From the IMG/VR virus record IMGVR_UViG_3300020044_006443, positions 1 through 40,922 of that record: a stretch of 40,922 bases of DNA, one strand, 5' to 3'. The notes beneath the pieces were generated by a model. That model was given only the letters and a program-made list of their open reading frames with translations. It made no database searches and was not told where the DNA came from. The translations under genes were made by a program, and so were the position numbers. Positions 25,500 through 35,035 of the stretch are shown here, piece by piece (the first letter of the stretch is position 1; the number at the start of each line of letters is the position of its first letter). The stretch is from a virus. Its lineage: Duplodnaviria > Caudoviricetes.

Positions 25500-26120
25500 T
25501 TAACGTCCTTTGTTTTTTAGGCCACGTTCGTAAGCCGCTTTTAAATCTACCGCAAACGTCGGATAATACGCCACTGCGGCTTGTAAGTTTTCCTCTGTGG
25601 GGTCCTGTTCAAGCGCCTTGTAATACTCCGGCTTTGGCACGCGGTTGAACTCCGCGCCGATAACTCGGTTGGTAGCTCGGTCACGAAGTACGCCACCGAC
25701 ATCTACACCCACAACCGGCTTTGGTTGTTTCAGTTTCTCCATAGCAATCGAGGTCGATAGGCCCTGCTTGGCAAGGCCCATCTGTTGGGCAAGCTGATCG
25801 GCTTCCAGCTTCTCAAGCGCCTCCTGACGCGACATTTCACCCTCGCGCTTGACCCGCTCCTGCGCCGCTAATACTGGAGCGACGTTACTCAAGACGGCTC
25901 CCAAGCCGCGCCTCTTCGTCGGAGTGGCAAACGCCGCCGACAACTGGAACATGCGCTCGCTGAACGAGGGACCGTACCGCTTCTCTTTCAGAGCCTTAGC
26001 CTGCGCGTCGTAGCGTGCCTGTTGCTCCCTCGCGAGTTTGTCAATCCTAGTCATAGCGTCGCTGACGGACAGGCCGCCAACAGCGTCGTCTCCGATCAGC
26101 TTTCCATTTTCGTCGTACAT
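25500..26120 (-). CDS. Putative ejection protein
   Basis: Helical, Q/A/K-rich; between two ejection-type genes. Confidence 0.65.
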   Translation of the reverse strand: MYDENGKLIGDDAVGGLSVSDAMTRIDKLAREQQARYDAQAKALKEKRYGPSFSERMFQLSAAFATPTKRRGLGAVLSNVAPVLAAQERVKREGEMSRQEALEKLEADQLAQQMGLAKQGLSTSIAMEKLKQPKPVVGVDVGGVLRDRATNRVIGAEFNRVPKPEYYKALEQDPTEENLQAAVAYYPTFAVDLKAAYERGLKNKGR

Positions 26121-26134
26121 CGCATTGCCCTCAA

Positions 26135-27181
26135 TTATGGTTTCTTGTCGCCAATAAAACCACTCAAAGCAGCTAGAATGGCGGCGATGTCAGACCCCGT
26201 ACTCGTTTTCGCCGTGTCGGCGCTGCCTATCGGCGATATACCATAGGACCTGTCCGCACTCGGAACGCCAGTGGCGACGCCCTTGAAGGTGGCCATCATT
26301 TTGTCGAGTTGCTCCTGATCATAGCCTTGTTGACGCAGGAAGTCAGCGTAGGCCACATCGAGGTTCTTCTGACCCTGCTGCTGTTGCAGCGCGCCAATGT
26401 TACCCAACGCGCCCGCGCCGGTGAGGCCGAGGGTCTGTGCCTGCTCGCCGAGGTTCGACAGAGCGCCAGCGGCCGCAAGTTGCTGCTGTGTCTGCGACTG
26501 AGCCATATCGCCGGCCGTGCCGGCAAGGGTGCCGAAGCGTGACAAGTCGGTGCCTGCAAGCCCTGCGGCTTCAGAGTATCCAGACTGGAGAGCCTTCGTC
26601 TGCTGCGCGAGGATGTCGGCGCTGACGTCGCGAACGGCGCGTGAGGTGTCGGTCATCATGCCCGAGGGCGTGCCCGCGCCATCGCGGCCACCGAAGCCGA
26701 GCTGGCCCGCTTGGATGTACCGACCCTCGATCGCAGGCATAAGGTTTTCGGTAAGATTGCGCGTGCCCATCTCGGCAATGCGGTTGGTGACGGCAGCATT
26801 GTACGGGTTCATGTACTGGTTGATGTTCGCCACGGATGTCTGGCCCGCCTGCGACAGGTACGGCTGCGCGGTGTTTAACGCGCCCGGACCGGCTGCGGCG
26901 GCCTTTGCGGCGGTTTCGGCCTGACTAAGATAAGGTTGATACACGCCAGCCGCCGTGTCGGTTAGCGTAAACGATTTGTTCTGCGGTGCGGTAAATTCCG
27001 CGACGCGCGGCATAGGCGCTTTTACGTAGTCACGGGAGGATATGGCCTTCTGCCCCGCCAGAATGTCCATCGCGTAGTTGGTGTACCACTCAGGCAGCAC
27101 CTGCTGCTTGGTCATATCCGTTAGTGCCGAGCCTTGCGGTATCGGTTTGGCCCCCTCGGCTGTAAATGTTGTGGTAGTCAT
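26135..27181 (-). CDS. Putative DNA pilot/ejection protein
   Basis: Q/A/G-rich; INQYMNPY, LGNIGALQQQQGQKNLDVAYADF; C-terminal hydrophobic helix. Confidence 0.75.
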   Translation of the reverse strand: MTTTTFTAEGAKPIPQGSALTDMTKQQVLPEWYTNYAMDILAGQKAISSRDYVKAPMPRVAEFTAPQNKSFTLTDTAAGVYQPYLSQAETAAKAAAAGPGALNTAQPYLSQAGQTSVANINQYMNPYNAAVTNRIAEMGTRNLTENLMPAIEGRYIQAGQLGFGGRDGAGTPSGMMTDTSRAVRDVSADILAQQTKALQSGYSEAAGLAGTDLSRFGTLAGTAGDMAQSQTQQQLAAAGALSNLGEQAQTLGLTGAGALGNIGALQQQQGQKNLDVAYADFLRQQGYDQEQLDKMMATFKGVATGVPSADRSYGISPIGSADTAKTSTGSDIAAILAALSGFIGDKKP

Positions 27182-29787
27182 TAAACGCGTCCTCCAGACA
27201 AATACGCTTCGGGGTTCTTGGCATTAGCACTAAAGCGGCCCTTTGCCAACTTCTTGCCCTTGTGTTTACGAACTTTAACCCGAAGGTCATCTAACTTCTT
27301 TGCGCCGGCCTTACTCGATCCGTCACCTAACAGGGCGACAGTCTCGGCGTCGATGACATACTCACCGTCGGACAGTACCGCAGGAATGTCGTCGCTACGC
27401 CCAGTGCCGGGGCCGTTAACTGCAAATTCAGTGCGCAGCGACCGGCCTCCGCGCTTTGCGGAGAATGCGCCACCCTTGGCCATGCCGGGCGTTGTGGCAG
27501 GCGTGGCAGGCGTGGCAGGCGCGTAGTCGAAGAAGCTAAGCTCAGGCCGTGTGCCGTAAGTCAACCAGTCTACGTCGCCCATCGCGCGCGGTGTGCGGGT
27601 CGCGCCGATATTGCCGAGGCCGAGGCCGCCTGCGGCAGGCAGCTTGGCCGTGTATACGGAGCCCAGACCGCCCGCGCCGACGCCAGTGCCGCCGTATGTG
27701 CCCGTTTGACCTGTGCCACCGCCACCAACATTGCCGACTGCGGCAGCCGCGAGAGCTGCAAGGCGCAGGGCTTCTGCGATCTTCTGCCGCTCTTCTTCCT
27801 TCTTCTTCTTCTCGTCTTCCTCGGCCTTCTTTTTAGCTGCCTCTTCGGCAGCCAGCTCTTCAGCAGTTTTTGTGGTACCGCCACCACCGCCGCCGCCACC
27901 GCCTTTTCCTTTATTACCCTCCGCGAGAATTTCAGCTTCCTTCCTCAGCCGCTCTTCTTCGGCGAGTTTGTCTGCTGCTTCCTGCTTCAGCCGCTCTTCT
28001 TCTTCCTTCCGCTTCCGCTCTGCCTCTTCGGCAGCCAGCTCTTCAGCAGTTTTTGCGCCACCGCCACCAGTAGTTACACCACCAGTTCCACCAGTTCCTT
28101 TATCACCCAGTGCGAGAATTTCAGCAGCCTTGCGCGCTTCCTCATCTGCTGCTGCTTTAGCGGCTGCGTCTCGTGCGGCTTTATCTGCTGCGTCTTGTGC
28201 GGCTTTGTCTGCTGCGTCTTGTGCGGCTTTGTCTGCTGCGTCTGCTGCTTCCTTCTTCAACCGCTCTTCTTCTTCTTTGAGCCTCCGCTCTTCGGCAGCC
28301 GCGCGCTCGGCCTCTGAAAGACCGCCACCGCCGGTAGGTACGTTAGCCGTTCCGCCTGTTGTGTCAGCGCCTGTGACGGTAATTTTAGCTTTGGCTGCTG
28401 CCTCTGCTGCTACCTTGTCGGCCGCCTCTTCAGCAGCCTTGCGCGCGGCCTCGTCGGCTGCTGTTTTGGTTGCTGCGTCTGCGGCTGCTTTGTCTGCTGC
28501 TGCTTTGAGCGCCGCCTCTTCTTCTTTGAGCCTCCGCTCTTCGGCAGCCGCGCGCTCGGCCTCTGAAAGACCGCCACCGCCGGTAGGTACGTTAGCCGTT
28601 CCGCCTGTTGTCGTACCACCTGTGACGTTAATACGCGCTGCCTCGTCGGCTGCTGCTTGGGTAGCCTTGATTGCGGCTTCGGCTTCTTCAGCCACCCGCT
28701 CAGCCTCTGAAAGCCCACCACCGCCGCCAGTATTTACGTTAGCCGTTCCGGTCGTTCCTTTAGCGCCCGTTGCGACGATATCAGCAGCCTTACGTGCATC
28801 TTCAGCAGCCTTGAGTGCTTTGTCTGCTGCCGAAAGTCCACCGCCGCCAATATTTAAGTTAGCCGATCCTACCGCTGGAGTAGATACTACGTTAATAAGC
28901 GAGGGGTCGATGTCTACACCAGTGCCGGTGCCAGTGGAGGCGCGCGCGCCGACGCCCAACGCTTTAGTTATGTCTGGCGACGCGTAACTAAGCGCGCCAG
29001 AGGCAGCGCCGCTAAGGAGTGAGCTCTTCAAGTCCTGCCCCGTTACAAGACCGCCGACCGTGGAGCCGATGCCAGTGCCTACTGCGGTGGCAAGTCTTGG
29101 CACAAGAGCTGTACCAAATGTATTTCCGGCTTCAAACATAGGCCCAAGGACTTGGCCACCGGCGGCAGACAGGCCGCCCATCACCGCGCCTTTAAGAGGG
29201 TCGTCGCCCTTAAAAGCCGCGCCCGCGCCACCGAAGGCCGCGCCTGCGGCGATGGTGCCGAGTACGTTCAACCCCGGTATCGCCATAACTGCGAGGGGCA
29301 GGGCGGTGCCGATGACATCGCGTATAACCGAACCTTCGTTATAATCAGTCGGTCCTGAAATCCAGCGCTCACCAAAATAGGACGAACCATCGGGGTTGGT
29401 TGGACCTTGTTCAAGTTGTTGAATGTCCCACGACGCTTTCTGGCCCTTCGTGGCGCTCAGGTTCTGCGCAAACCTAACGGCTTCCGCAGCAGCCTCGGGC
29501 CCCTCGCCGCTGAACAGGACGTTGCCCTTGCGATCTGTGACGCGAATGGGGCCGCCTCGGTATTCAAAAAGGTTCGACCCTTGGCCCGCGATGTCGAAGC
29601 CTGTGCCCGCACCTAAGTTGTCCATCGGGGCCGATAAGTATGTACCCGGAGTTGGCGTATTCGCTGCAATCCTGCGGGCTTCGCGCTGCTCAGGCGTCAA
29701 GGCCGCACCGCCCGTGACGGGTCCGCCGTTGGCGTACGCGGGTACGATCGTTTCCAAATGGTTGCTGAAGCCGGGGATGTAGTTCAT
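27181..29787 (-). CDS. Putative ejection protein with glycine zippers, six strand-Gly-helix repeats and a GPGTGRSDDIPAVLSDGEYV domain
   Basis: 868-aa ORF, translationally coupled on both sides; C-terminal motif of the kind found in tape-measure/internal virion proteins. Confidence 0.8.
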   Translation of the reverse strand: MNYIPGFSNHLETIVPAYANGGPVTGGAALTPEQREARRIAANTPTPGTYLSAPMDNLGAGTGFDIAGQGSNLFEYRGGPIRVTDRKGNVLFSGEGPEAAAEAVRFAQNLSATKGQKASWDIQQLEQGPTNPDGSSYFGERWISGPTDYNEGSVIRDVIGTALPLAVMAIPGLNVLGTIAAGAAFGGAGAAFKGDDPLKGAVMGGLSAAGGQVLGPMFEAGNTFGTALVPRLATAVGTGIGSTVGGLVTGQDLKSSLLSGAASGALSYASPDITKALGVGARASTGTGTGVDIDPSLINVVSTPAVGSANLNIGGGGLSAADKALKAAEDARKAADIVATGAKGTTGTANVNTGGGGGLSEAERVAEEAEAAIKATQAAADEAARINVTGGTTTGGTANVPTGGGGLSEAERAAAEERRLKEEEAALKAAADKAAADAATKTAADEAARKAAEEAADKVAAEAAAKAKITVTGADTTGGTANVPTGGGGLSEAERAAAEERRLKEEEERLKKEAADAADKAAQDAADKAAQDAADKAARDAAAKAAADEEARKAAEILALGDKGTGGTGGVTTGGGGAKTAEELAAEEAERKRKEEEERLKQEAADKLAEEERLRKEAEILAEGNKGKGGGGGGGGGTTKTAEELAAEEAAKKKAEEDEKKKKEEERQKIAEALRLAALAAAAVGNVGGGGTGQTGTYGGTGVGAGGLGSVYTAKLPAAGGLGLGNIGATRTPRAMGDVDWLTYGTRPELSFFDYAPATPATPATTPGMAKGGAFSAKRGGRSLRTEFAVNGPGTGRSDDIPAVLSDGEYVIDAETVALLGDGSSKAGAKKLDDLRVKVRKHKGKKLAKGRFSANAKNPEAYLSGGRV
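28268..28611. repeat. 95-bp exact direct repeat (28268-28362 and 28517-28611) within a coding repeat region
   Basis: Both copies encode TTGGTANVPTGGGGLSEAERAAAEERRLKEEE; 21-bp tandem units (DAADKAAQ) lie at about 28170-28245. Confidence 0.9.
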
Positions 29788-30020
29788 GAGCTTTTACCTT
29801 CGAGCATTGGATATACACGCATTCCCCATTCACGCCAATCAGAGAACTGATAGGGGTCTGGAATAATTTGCTGCGTAAATGGTGAGGCACGCAGTAGCCC
29901 TATCGCCCAGCCTTGCCACTCGGCCTCCTCGGGAGGCGTGCCGAATGCCCACGCGTCGTTGACCGACAGTATAACCGAACAGGCCCAGTCTTGCCAAGTC
30001 ATTCCGCGCGGGTCGATCAT
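29784..30020 (-). CDS. Small Trp-rich virion-associated protein
   Basis: IDPRGMTWQDWA...PDPYQFSDWREW; follows the nozzle gene. Confidence 0.75.
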   Translation of the reverse strand: MIDPRGMTWQDWACSVILSVNDAWAFGTPPEEAEWQGWAIGLLRASPFTQQIIPDPYQFSDWREWGMRVYPMLEGKSS

Positions 30021-31795
30021 CAGCCGAGGGTCGTGCCATCGCCGGGCTGGACGTGCGCAAGCACGAGGCCCATCTGATAGTCACCGCCGAGGGCGTTGCT
30101 CTCGAAGCGGAAGCGCAGTTCGCGCCGCTGTGTCTTGAGGTATACGACCTGCTCCTGCGGCGTCTGCGGCGTCTCAGGGAACGTCATGACAATGCCGTTG
30201 ACTTCAGGCGCGCGGGCGTTGGCTCGGCCCATGACCTGAACCGTCATGTCGCCGCTCTGCACGAAGTCAGGCTCAAGCATCAAGACCTGCATGGCCCTGT
30301 TGGTGCCCGACGAGACGGGCAGAGACAAGTCAGCCGTCTCAAAGAACGACTGTATCGGGTTGAGCGTCAGGCCGTCAATCTCGTCCGTGCCGACCTCGTG
30401 AACCCAGAACTTGTACGGGTTGTCGAACGTGATGTTGAATGTGGCGGCGGAGCCAGCGCCGCCAGTCACGCTGACTGGATTGGTTGGAGCGGTGCTGTAC
30501 TGCCCCGCGTTGGTGATTGTGACGCCAGTGATGCCGCCCGTGCCGTTAACCGTGGACACCGTCAACTCTGTCGTAATCTGACCGATGCCGCCCACGACGG
30601 CAAGCGTGTTACCCGCAACATAGCCAGTGCCCGCCGCGTTAATGGCAACGCTAAAGGCTTCAGCCTCTTGCGGCGCAACGCCAGACAGGAGCGGCTTGCG
30701 GAATACCGCAGGGAACAGACCCGCACCGCGCCCGTCATTGGGCAGCTCGGTGTCGTACCACGTATTCTCGCGGACGTTGTAGATGACGGCGTGGTTCGGC
30801 TCGGTGCTGTCGCCAAACGGGAAGCACCACCATATCTCACCGAAGCGCGGAACCTTATACGCAAACACCTTCTGGCGCTGCGCATAGTTCAGATTGTCGA
30901 AGAAGAAGTTGAGGTTCAGGTTGTTCTCGACTTCGCGCACGACGCCGTTGAACATCAAGAAGCGGTCGGTGCCGATCCAGTAGAAGATGCCGTCATACTC
31001 GATGACGCTGTTGGCCGCCAAGATTGACGACTGCGTGCTGATCGTGTCGAACTGGAATACCGCCGTGCCGCCGACATAAGTGCCGCGAATGAGGCTGTCC
31101 GCCGACCAGAACAGGCCAGACGGGCTGTTGCCCGGTCCGCCGCGCAGTGGCATGGCCTTAATGATCTTCTGACCTGTTATGTACGCGTTGCCCGCGCCAG
31201 AGCCGGTGAAGTCCGCTGGGTCATTGGGCACGGACCACGCCGCGTAGCCGTCGTTGCCGAAAGCGAACGTGTAGGGCGGCAGTGTCGCAACGCCGCCTGT
31301 GACACTGAAGTTGGCGGGCACCGCGGTGACTTGCGTCAGGGCACTCGTGCCGAGGAGGTCGCCAACGAAGAGCGCGCCGCCGTCACTGTTACAGATGCAG
31401 TTCAGGTTCGGCGCGACTTGCGCGACGATCTGGTTACCGTTGGTCGTGTCATACGCCGTGGCGAACTGCCACATGTTGCCGTCGTCTAAGGTGAAGCCAG
31501 ATGTGGGCGTGCGATTGGTAATGACGCTCGTGTTGTACGCACCGTCGATGTAGAAGCGCTCCACACGGCTGGCCGACCCAGCGTGAACGTATGTCAGCAA
31601 GTCCTGCGTATACTCGTGAAGCGCACGCGGTAGGTCGCGCAGGAACTTGTTGATCGAGCGGTAGCCGCCGATCTTACGCGGTAGGCCACGCTGGAAGCGC
31701 ACCCACTGCCCGTCAACATACTGGTCGCCCTCAAACTTCGTCCCGTCCCGCTTAATGCCGGGCGCGGATTTGATTTGGACAATCTGTTCAGCCAT
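30020..31795 (-). CDS. Tail nozzle / stabilisation protein (P22 gp10 or tubular-B-like)
   Basis: PGIKRDGT, WVRFQRGLPRKIGGY, FGEIWWCFP, VIYNVRENTWY; beta-rich; position in the operon. Confidence 0.8.
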   Translation of the reverse strand: MAEQIVQIKSAPGIKRDGTKFEGDQYVDGQWVRFQRGLPRKIGGYRSINKFLRDLPRALHEYTQDLLTYVHAGSASRVERFYIDGAYNTSVITNRTPTSGFTLDDGNMWQFATAYDTTNGNQIVAQVAPNLNCICNSDGGALFVGDLLGTSALTQVTAVPANFSVTGGVATLPPYTFAFGNDGYAAWSVPNDPADFTGSGAGNAYITGQKIIKAMPLRGGPGNSPSGLFWSADSLIRGTYVGGTAVFQFDTISTQSSILAANSVIEYDGIFYWIGTDRFLMFNGVVREVENNLNLNFFFDNLNYAQRQKVFAYKVPRFGEIWWCFPFGDSTEPNHAVIYNVRENTWYDTELPNDGRGAGLFPAVFRKPLLSGVAPQEAEAFSVAINAAGTGYVAGNTLAVVGGIGQITTELTVSTVNGTGGITGVTITNAGQYSTAPTNPVSVTGGAGSAATFNITFDNPYKFWVHEVGTDEIDGLTLNPIQSFFETADLSLPVSSGTNRAMQVLMLEPDFVQSGDMTVQVMGRANARAPEVNGIVMTFPETPQTPQEQVVYLKTQRRELRFRFESNALGGDYQMGLVLAHVQPGDGTTLG

Positions 31796-33021
31796 TACCC
31801 CAACGCCACCGCGAACACGATAGCGTCGTTGCTTCCGCCGCCACCGGACACACCGATGGCCGCCTGCGCCGCCGCCTGATCGACTGCCGTGAAGACGGCG
31901 ATGCCGACCGACGTGCCGCCGAGGTTGATACGCGCGGCGCTGGCCGTCGTTGCGCCCGTGCCGCCGTCAGCGATGGGGACAGGTATCGCGATGCCGCCAG
32001 TCTCGGCGTCTACGACTTCGGAGCCGTTGCAGTACAAGATGGCGCGGCTGCCGCGAGCAACCGATACGCCCGGTGTCTGGGCGCTGGTCCTGACGCGCAG
32101 GGTGAATGAGCCGCCCGTCGTGTTGTTGTAGACCCAGTATTGCTGCACCGTATTCGGGACAACAACTTCGATATTACCCGTAATCGCGCCAGTGAACTCA
32201 TAGGCGATGCGGTTGAGTTCAGAGCCAGTAAGCGTGTAGTTGCCGCTCAGGCCGCCTAAGTTGATCGACGTGTAGTCGAAGGCGAAGACCGCGCTCTGGC
32301 CGAGGCCGAGGGTGAACCAGTTCAGGCCGTCTGTGACTATCGTTGCGCTGTCGCCCGGCTGTAGGACCAGCGAAGCGCCGCCGTTGATGGTTTCGGAACC
32401 CTGCGTCGCGACGGTTATGTCGCCAGCGCCACTGTTGCGTAGCGCGACGAAGTAGTCGTTCCCTGCCGTCACGGCTGAGAGTAAGGTGAATGTGCCAACG
32501 CCGCCGTTCCACACAAACGTCTCGGCGCGGTCTGCCGCACCGGCGGTATAGTTCGAGTTGAAGAGCGTGACCGGCGCTGACTGCGACAGTGTCGAGCCAG
32601 TCGCGGTGAGACCGTAGCCAGCGAGAGCCGAGGCTTGAGCCTGCGCCGTTGAGGCACCGTAGCGGAACACGCGCCACGAACCTGCGGCGGTGGTGTTGTC
32701 GGTCAGGTATATCTGCCACTGCTCGCCCTGCGCCATCGACAGGAGCGTAGCGCCCACGTTGTTCTTGACGGTGACAGTCTGAGGCCCGAGGTTGTTGAAC
32801 AGGACCGTCTGGCCAGTGCCAGTCTGGTCGGCGGGCGGCATGATGATTGAGTAGGTGCCCGTTGGCGTAACGTCGATGATACGGGCGACGGGATACTCGT
32901 TCGTGTTGCTCTCAAGCGGCCACTCAAGGGCTGTGTCGGCGGACAGCGTGAGCGCCAAATAGGAGACGTCCGACGGGTAGATTGTCGTGCCACCAAAAAC
33001 CTGTGTAAATGTGTTGGTCAT
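31795..33021 (-). CDS. Tail structural protein (fibre/spike)
   Basis: AAGGAGG RBS before the ATG at 33021; S/T/G-rich beta protein; PIADGGTGATTASAARINLG tail-fibre motif. Confidence 0.75.
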   Translation of the reverse strand: MTNTFTQVFGGTTIYPSDVSYLALTLSADTALEWPLESNTNEYPVARIIDVTPTGTYSIIMPPADQTGTGQTVLFNNLGPQTVTVKNNVGATLLSMAQGEQWQIYLTDNTTAAGSWRVFRYGASTAQAQASALAGYGLTATGSTLSQSAPVTLFNSNYTAGAADRAETFVWNGGVGTFTLLSAVTAGNDYFVALRNSGAGDITVATQGSETINGGASLVLQPGDSATIVTDGLNWFTLGLGQSAVFAFDYTSINLGGLSGNYTLTGSELNRIAYEFTGAITGNIEVVVPNTVQQYWVYNNTTGGSFTLRVRTSAQTPGVSVARGSRAILYCNGSEVVDAETGGIAIPVPIADGGTGATTASAARINLGGTSVGIAVFTAVDQAAAQAAIGVSGGGGSNDAIVFAVALG

Positions 33022-33674
33022 TACGCCTCCTTGCGCACGGCGGATCGGTCTAGAATTTTGGCGAGGTCTTCGCCGTTCAACATTGCCGCCGCACGGTCGT
33101 ACATGCTCTGCCAAACTGGGATGCGTTCGTCGTTCTTCAGGAACGGCGTTGCCTCAACCAGCGTGCCATAGAGCAAGAGCTGCGGGGCGTATTCGGTGAT
33201 CCAGTTCGTCTGCACGCTCTCGTCGAGTAAGGGAGGCAGTTCATAGTACAGGATTTCGAACGGGTACTCTGCGTCCGGTGTCGGCGCGAATAGCCAGTGG
33301 CTGTAGTCATAGTCGCTGTAAAAGAGGGGCGTGTCCGTCTGCGAGGCGTCCGGCCAGTAGGACCGCAGATATTCGTACACGCGGGAGAATATGATTTTGC
33401 GGGTATTGCTCCCCGTGCCTGTGCCGATGTTGACAGACACTGTGTCGCGCCAGCGGTCGGGCTTAGGGTAGACGGACTGGCCCTCAGTGAGCGTGCCAGT
33501 CACGACGTTAATGAAACCCTCGACCTTCAGCTCGCGAGCGATGCGGCGCTCGGCGAGGTTGATAAGACGCGGGATTTGTTCGAAGACTATAGGGTCTGAC
33601 GCAAGCGTATTGCCGCGCTCAAGATAGCGCTGCACGTCTTGTTTCAACGTCGTGAAGGTCATATTGGTGGCCAT
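33021..33674 (-). CDS. Head-tail adaptor (tail tubular A-like)
   Basis: IPRLINLAERRIAREL, APTPD, LLLYGTLVEATPFLK. Confidence 0.8.
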   Translation of the reverse strand: MATNMTFTTLKQDVQRYLERGNTLASDPIVFEQIPRLINLAERRIARELKVEGFINVVTGTLTEGQSVYPKPDRWRDTVSVNIGTGTGSNTRKIIFSRVYEYLRSYWPDASQTDTPLFYSDYDYSHWLFAPTPDAEYPFEILYYELPPLLDESVQTNWITEYAPQLLLYGTLVEATPFLKNDERIPVWQSMYDRAAAMLNGEDLAKILDRSAVRKEA

Positions 33675-33701
33675 AACGTGCCCCTATAACAGATTTAACG
33701 C

Positions 33702-33730
33702 ATAATAACAGCCTTCGCCGCGACTGTCGA
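33702..33730 (-). promoter_or_regulatory. Sigma70-like promoter upstream of the adaptor/tail/ejection genes
   Basis: Minus strand TCGACA-N17-TATTAT with a TGn extended -10, in an intergenic gap. Confidence 0.55.
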
Positions 33731-33735
33731 ATTGT

Positions 33736-33921
33736 TTACCCGGCGAGGTATTGTGAAAGAAGTGTCGCGCCTGTGGCGATTGCGGCAAGCACAGCCGCCA
33801 GTTTGGCTTTCCAACCGAGGGCGGGCTTTGCTCCGCCTTCCATCGGCAAGATTTTGCCTACGGCTTTGTTGAGAATTGCCTTCTCGGCTTCTTTCTGGAT
33901 GAGTTTCTTCAGGTTAACCAT
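33736..33921 (-). CDS. Small membrane protein in the lysis cassette
   Basis: AAGGAG RBS, ATG at 33921; C-terminal TM helix LAAVLAAIATGATLLSQYL. Confidence 0.7.
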   Translation of the reverse strand: MVNLKKLIQKEAEKAILNKAVGKILPMEGGAKPALGWKAKLAAVLAAIATGATLLSQYLAG

Positions 33922-33932
33922 AGTCGTTCTCC

Positions 33933-34547
33933 TTAGAGCCAAGCAGCATATTTCTTGGTTTTCTGCTTGCGGTCGTCGAGGCCGTGTGTACCACCATTGA
34001 TGCGTTTTGTCAGCGCAAGGATCGCGGCGTCATTGATGCCCTGATCGCAGATCGACCAGAGCTTGTTTGCGTCGAAGAACCACAGGGCGCTTTCAAAGCC
34101 GAGTTCGGTAGCCACAAGGTCTGGGTTGTCCAAAATCTCCTGTTCGCGACCAATGTACTTGCCGAATGCGCGGTAGTTGTTCTTGCCCGTAAGCTGGAGC
34201 GGACCACGGCCACGGTATTTCCATCCGTCGCCCGACGCTTCGTCGCCGTTACCCATGCGGTTGGCGTAGACGCGGTTGGCGATCTTCTGCGGCTGGCGCT
34301 CGTAAGCGCGGGCAAGCGCATCGGTAGGGAAGTACTTCCCGAAGATGCCGCGCAGACCCTTTGCGCCGTAGTTCAGGTTCTCGCTGAACGCCTTGAAGTT
34401 GCCACTCTCATGCGCCGTCTGGGCGAAGAAGTGCGCGGCGCGGTTCTTGTTCAGCTTGAAGTGCGCGCAGGCAGACTTCAGTGTTCCGGGGCCGAAGGCA
34501 CCATCTGCATGGCATCCACATTTATGTTGAAGGTTGGTTAAGCTCAT
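33933..34547 (-). CDS. Endolysin, glycoside hydrolase family 19
   Basis: AHFFAQTAHESG, ENLNY, YRGRGPLQLTGKNNY, SALWFF, TKRINGG; N-terminal ADGAFGPGT remnant of a peptidoglycan-binding domain. Confidence 0.93.
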   Translation of the reverse strand: MSLTNLQHKCGCHADGAFGPGTLKSACAHFKLNKNRAAHFFAQTAHESGNFKAFSENLNYGAKGLRGIFGKYFPTDALARAYERQPQKIANRVYANRMGNGDEASGDGWKYRGRGPLQLTGKNNYRAFGKYIGREQEILDNPDLVATELGFESALWFFDANKLWSICDQGINDAAILALTKRINGGTHGLDDRKQKTKKYAAWL

Positions 34548-35035
34548 TTGCCAGCACTCCGCCAATCAGGAAAGTCAAGTTCATCGACAACGCCGTCGCC
34601 GTTGGCATCATAGCGCAAGTCGTTGCGGTACTTCTCCCAAGGCTCCATGTCGTCATCATCGTCATCTTCAGGCTCGTCAATGAAGACCGTGCCTTGAGGG
34701 TCGCTATATGGCTTGGGTGCTTCTGGCTCTGGTGCGGGCGTGTCCAGTTCAAGCGGCGCTTCTGGCTCAGGCTCTTTGTCCCGCGCATTGGCGTTGAGGC
34801 TCAAACCGCCAAGCAGTCCAACGAACGCGCCGATGATGGTCTGGAAGGCGGGGTTAACCATCTCAAGGATGGCGGTGCTTTCTATGACGTCATTAGGCAT
34901 AAACAGGCCAACGGCTAGTGTCAGCACGACGACAAGGATAACTGCCGCCAGCGTGACGATGGCCACGCGCACAACAAACTCGACGGTGTCGTTAACACCT
35001 TCACCCTTGCTCTCAAAACTATTTAGGAAGCTCAT
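34544..35035 (-). CDS. Two-TM holin-like protein with acidic tail and EF-hand-like loop
   Basis: Two hydrophobic helices; DANGDGVVDELD near the C-terminus; ATGA overlap with the endolysin. Confidence 0.7.
   Translation of the reverse strand: MSFLNSFESKGEGVNDTVEFVVRVAIVTLAAVILVVVLTLAVGLFMPNDVIESTAILEMVNPAFQTIIGAFVGLLGGLSLNANARDKEPEPEAPLELDTPAPEPEAPKPYSDPQGTVFIDEPEDDDDDDMEPWEKYRNDLRYDANGDGVVDELDFPDWRSAGK

Noticed and set aside
27706-28987. Plus-strand 424-aa Ala/Ser/Pro-rich ORF and 203-aa Phe/Cys-rich ORF
   Set aside because: Mirror frames of the low-complexity minus-strand repeat protein.
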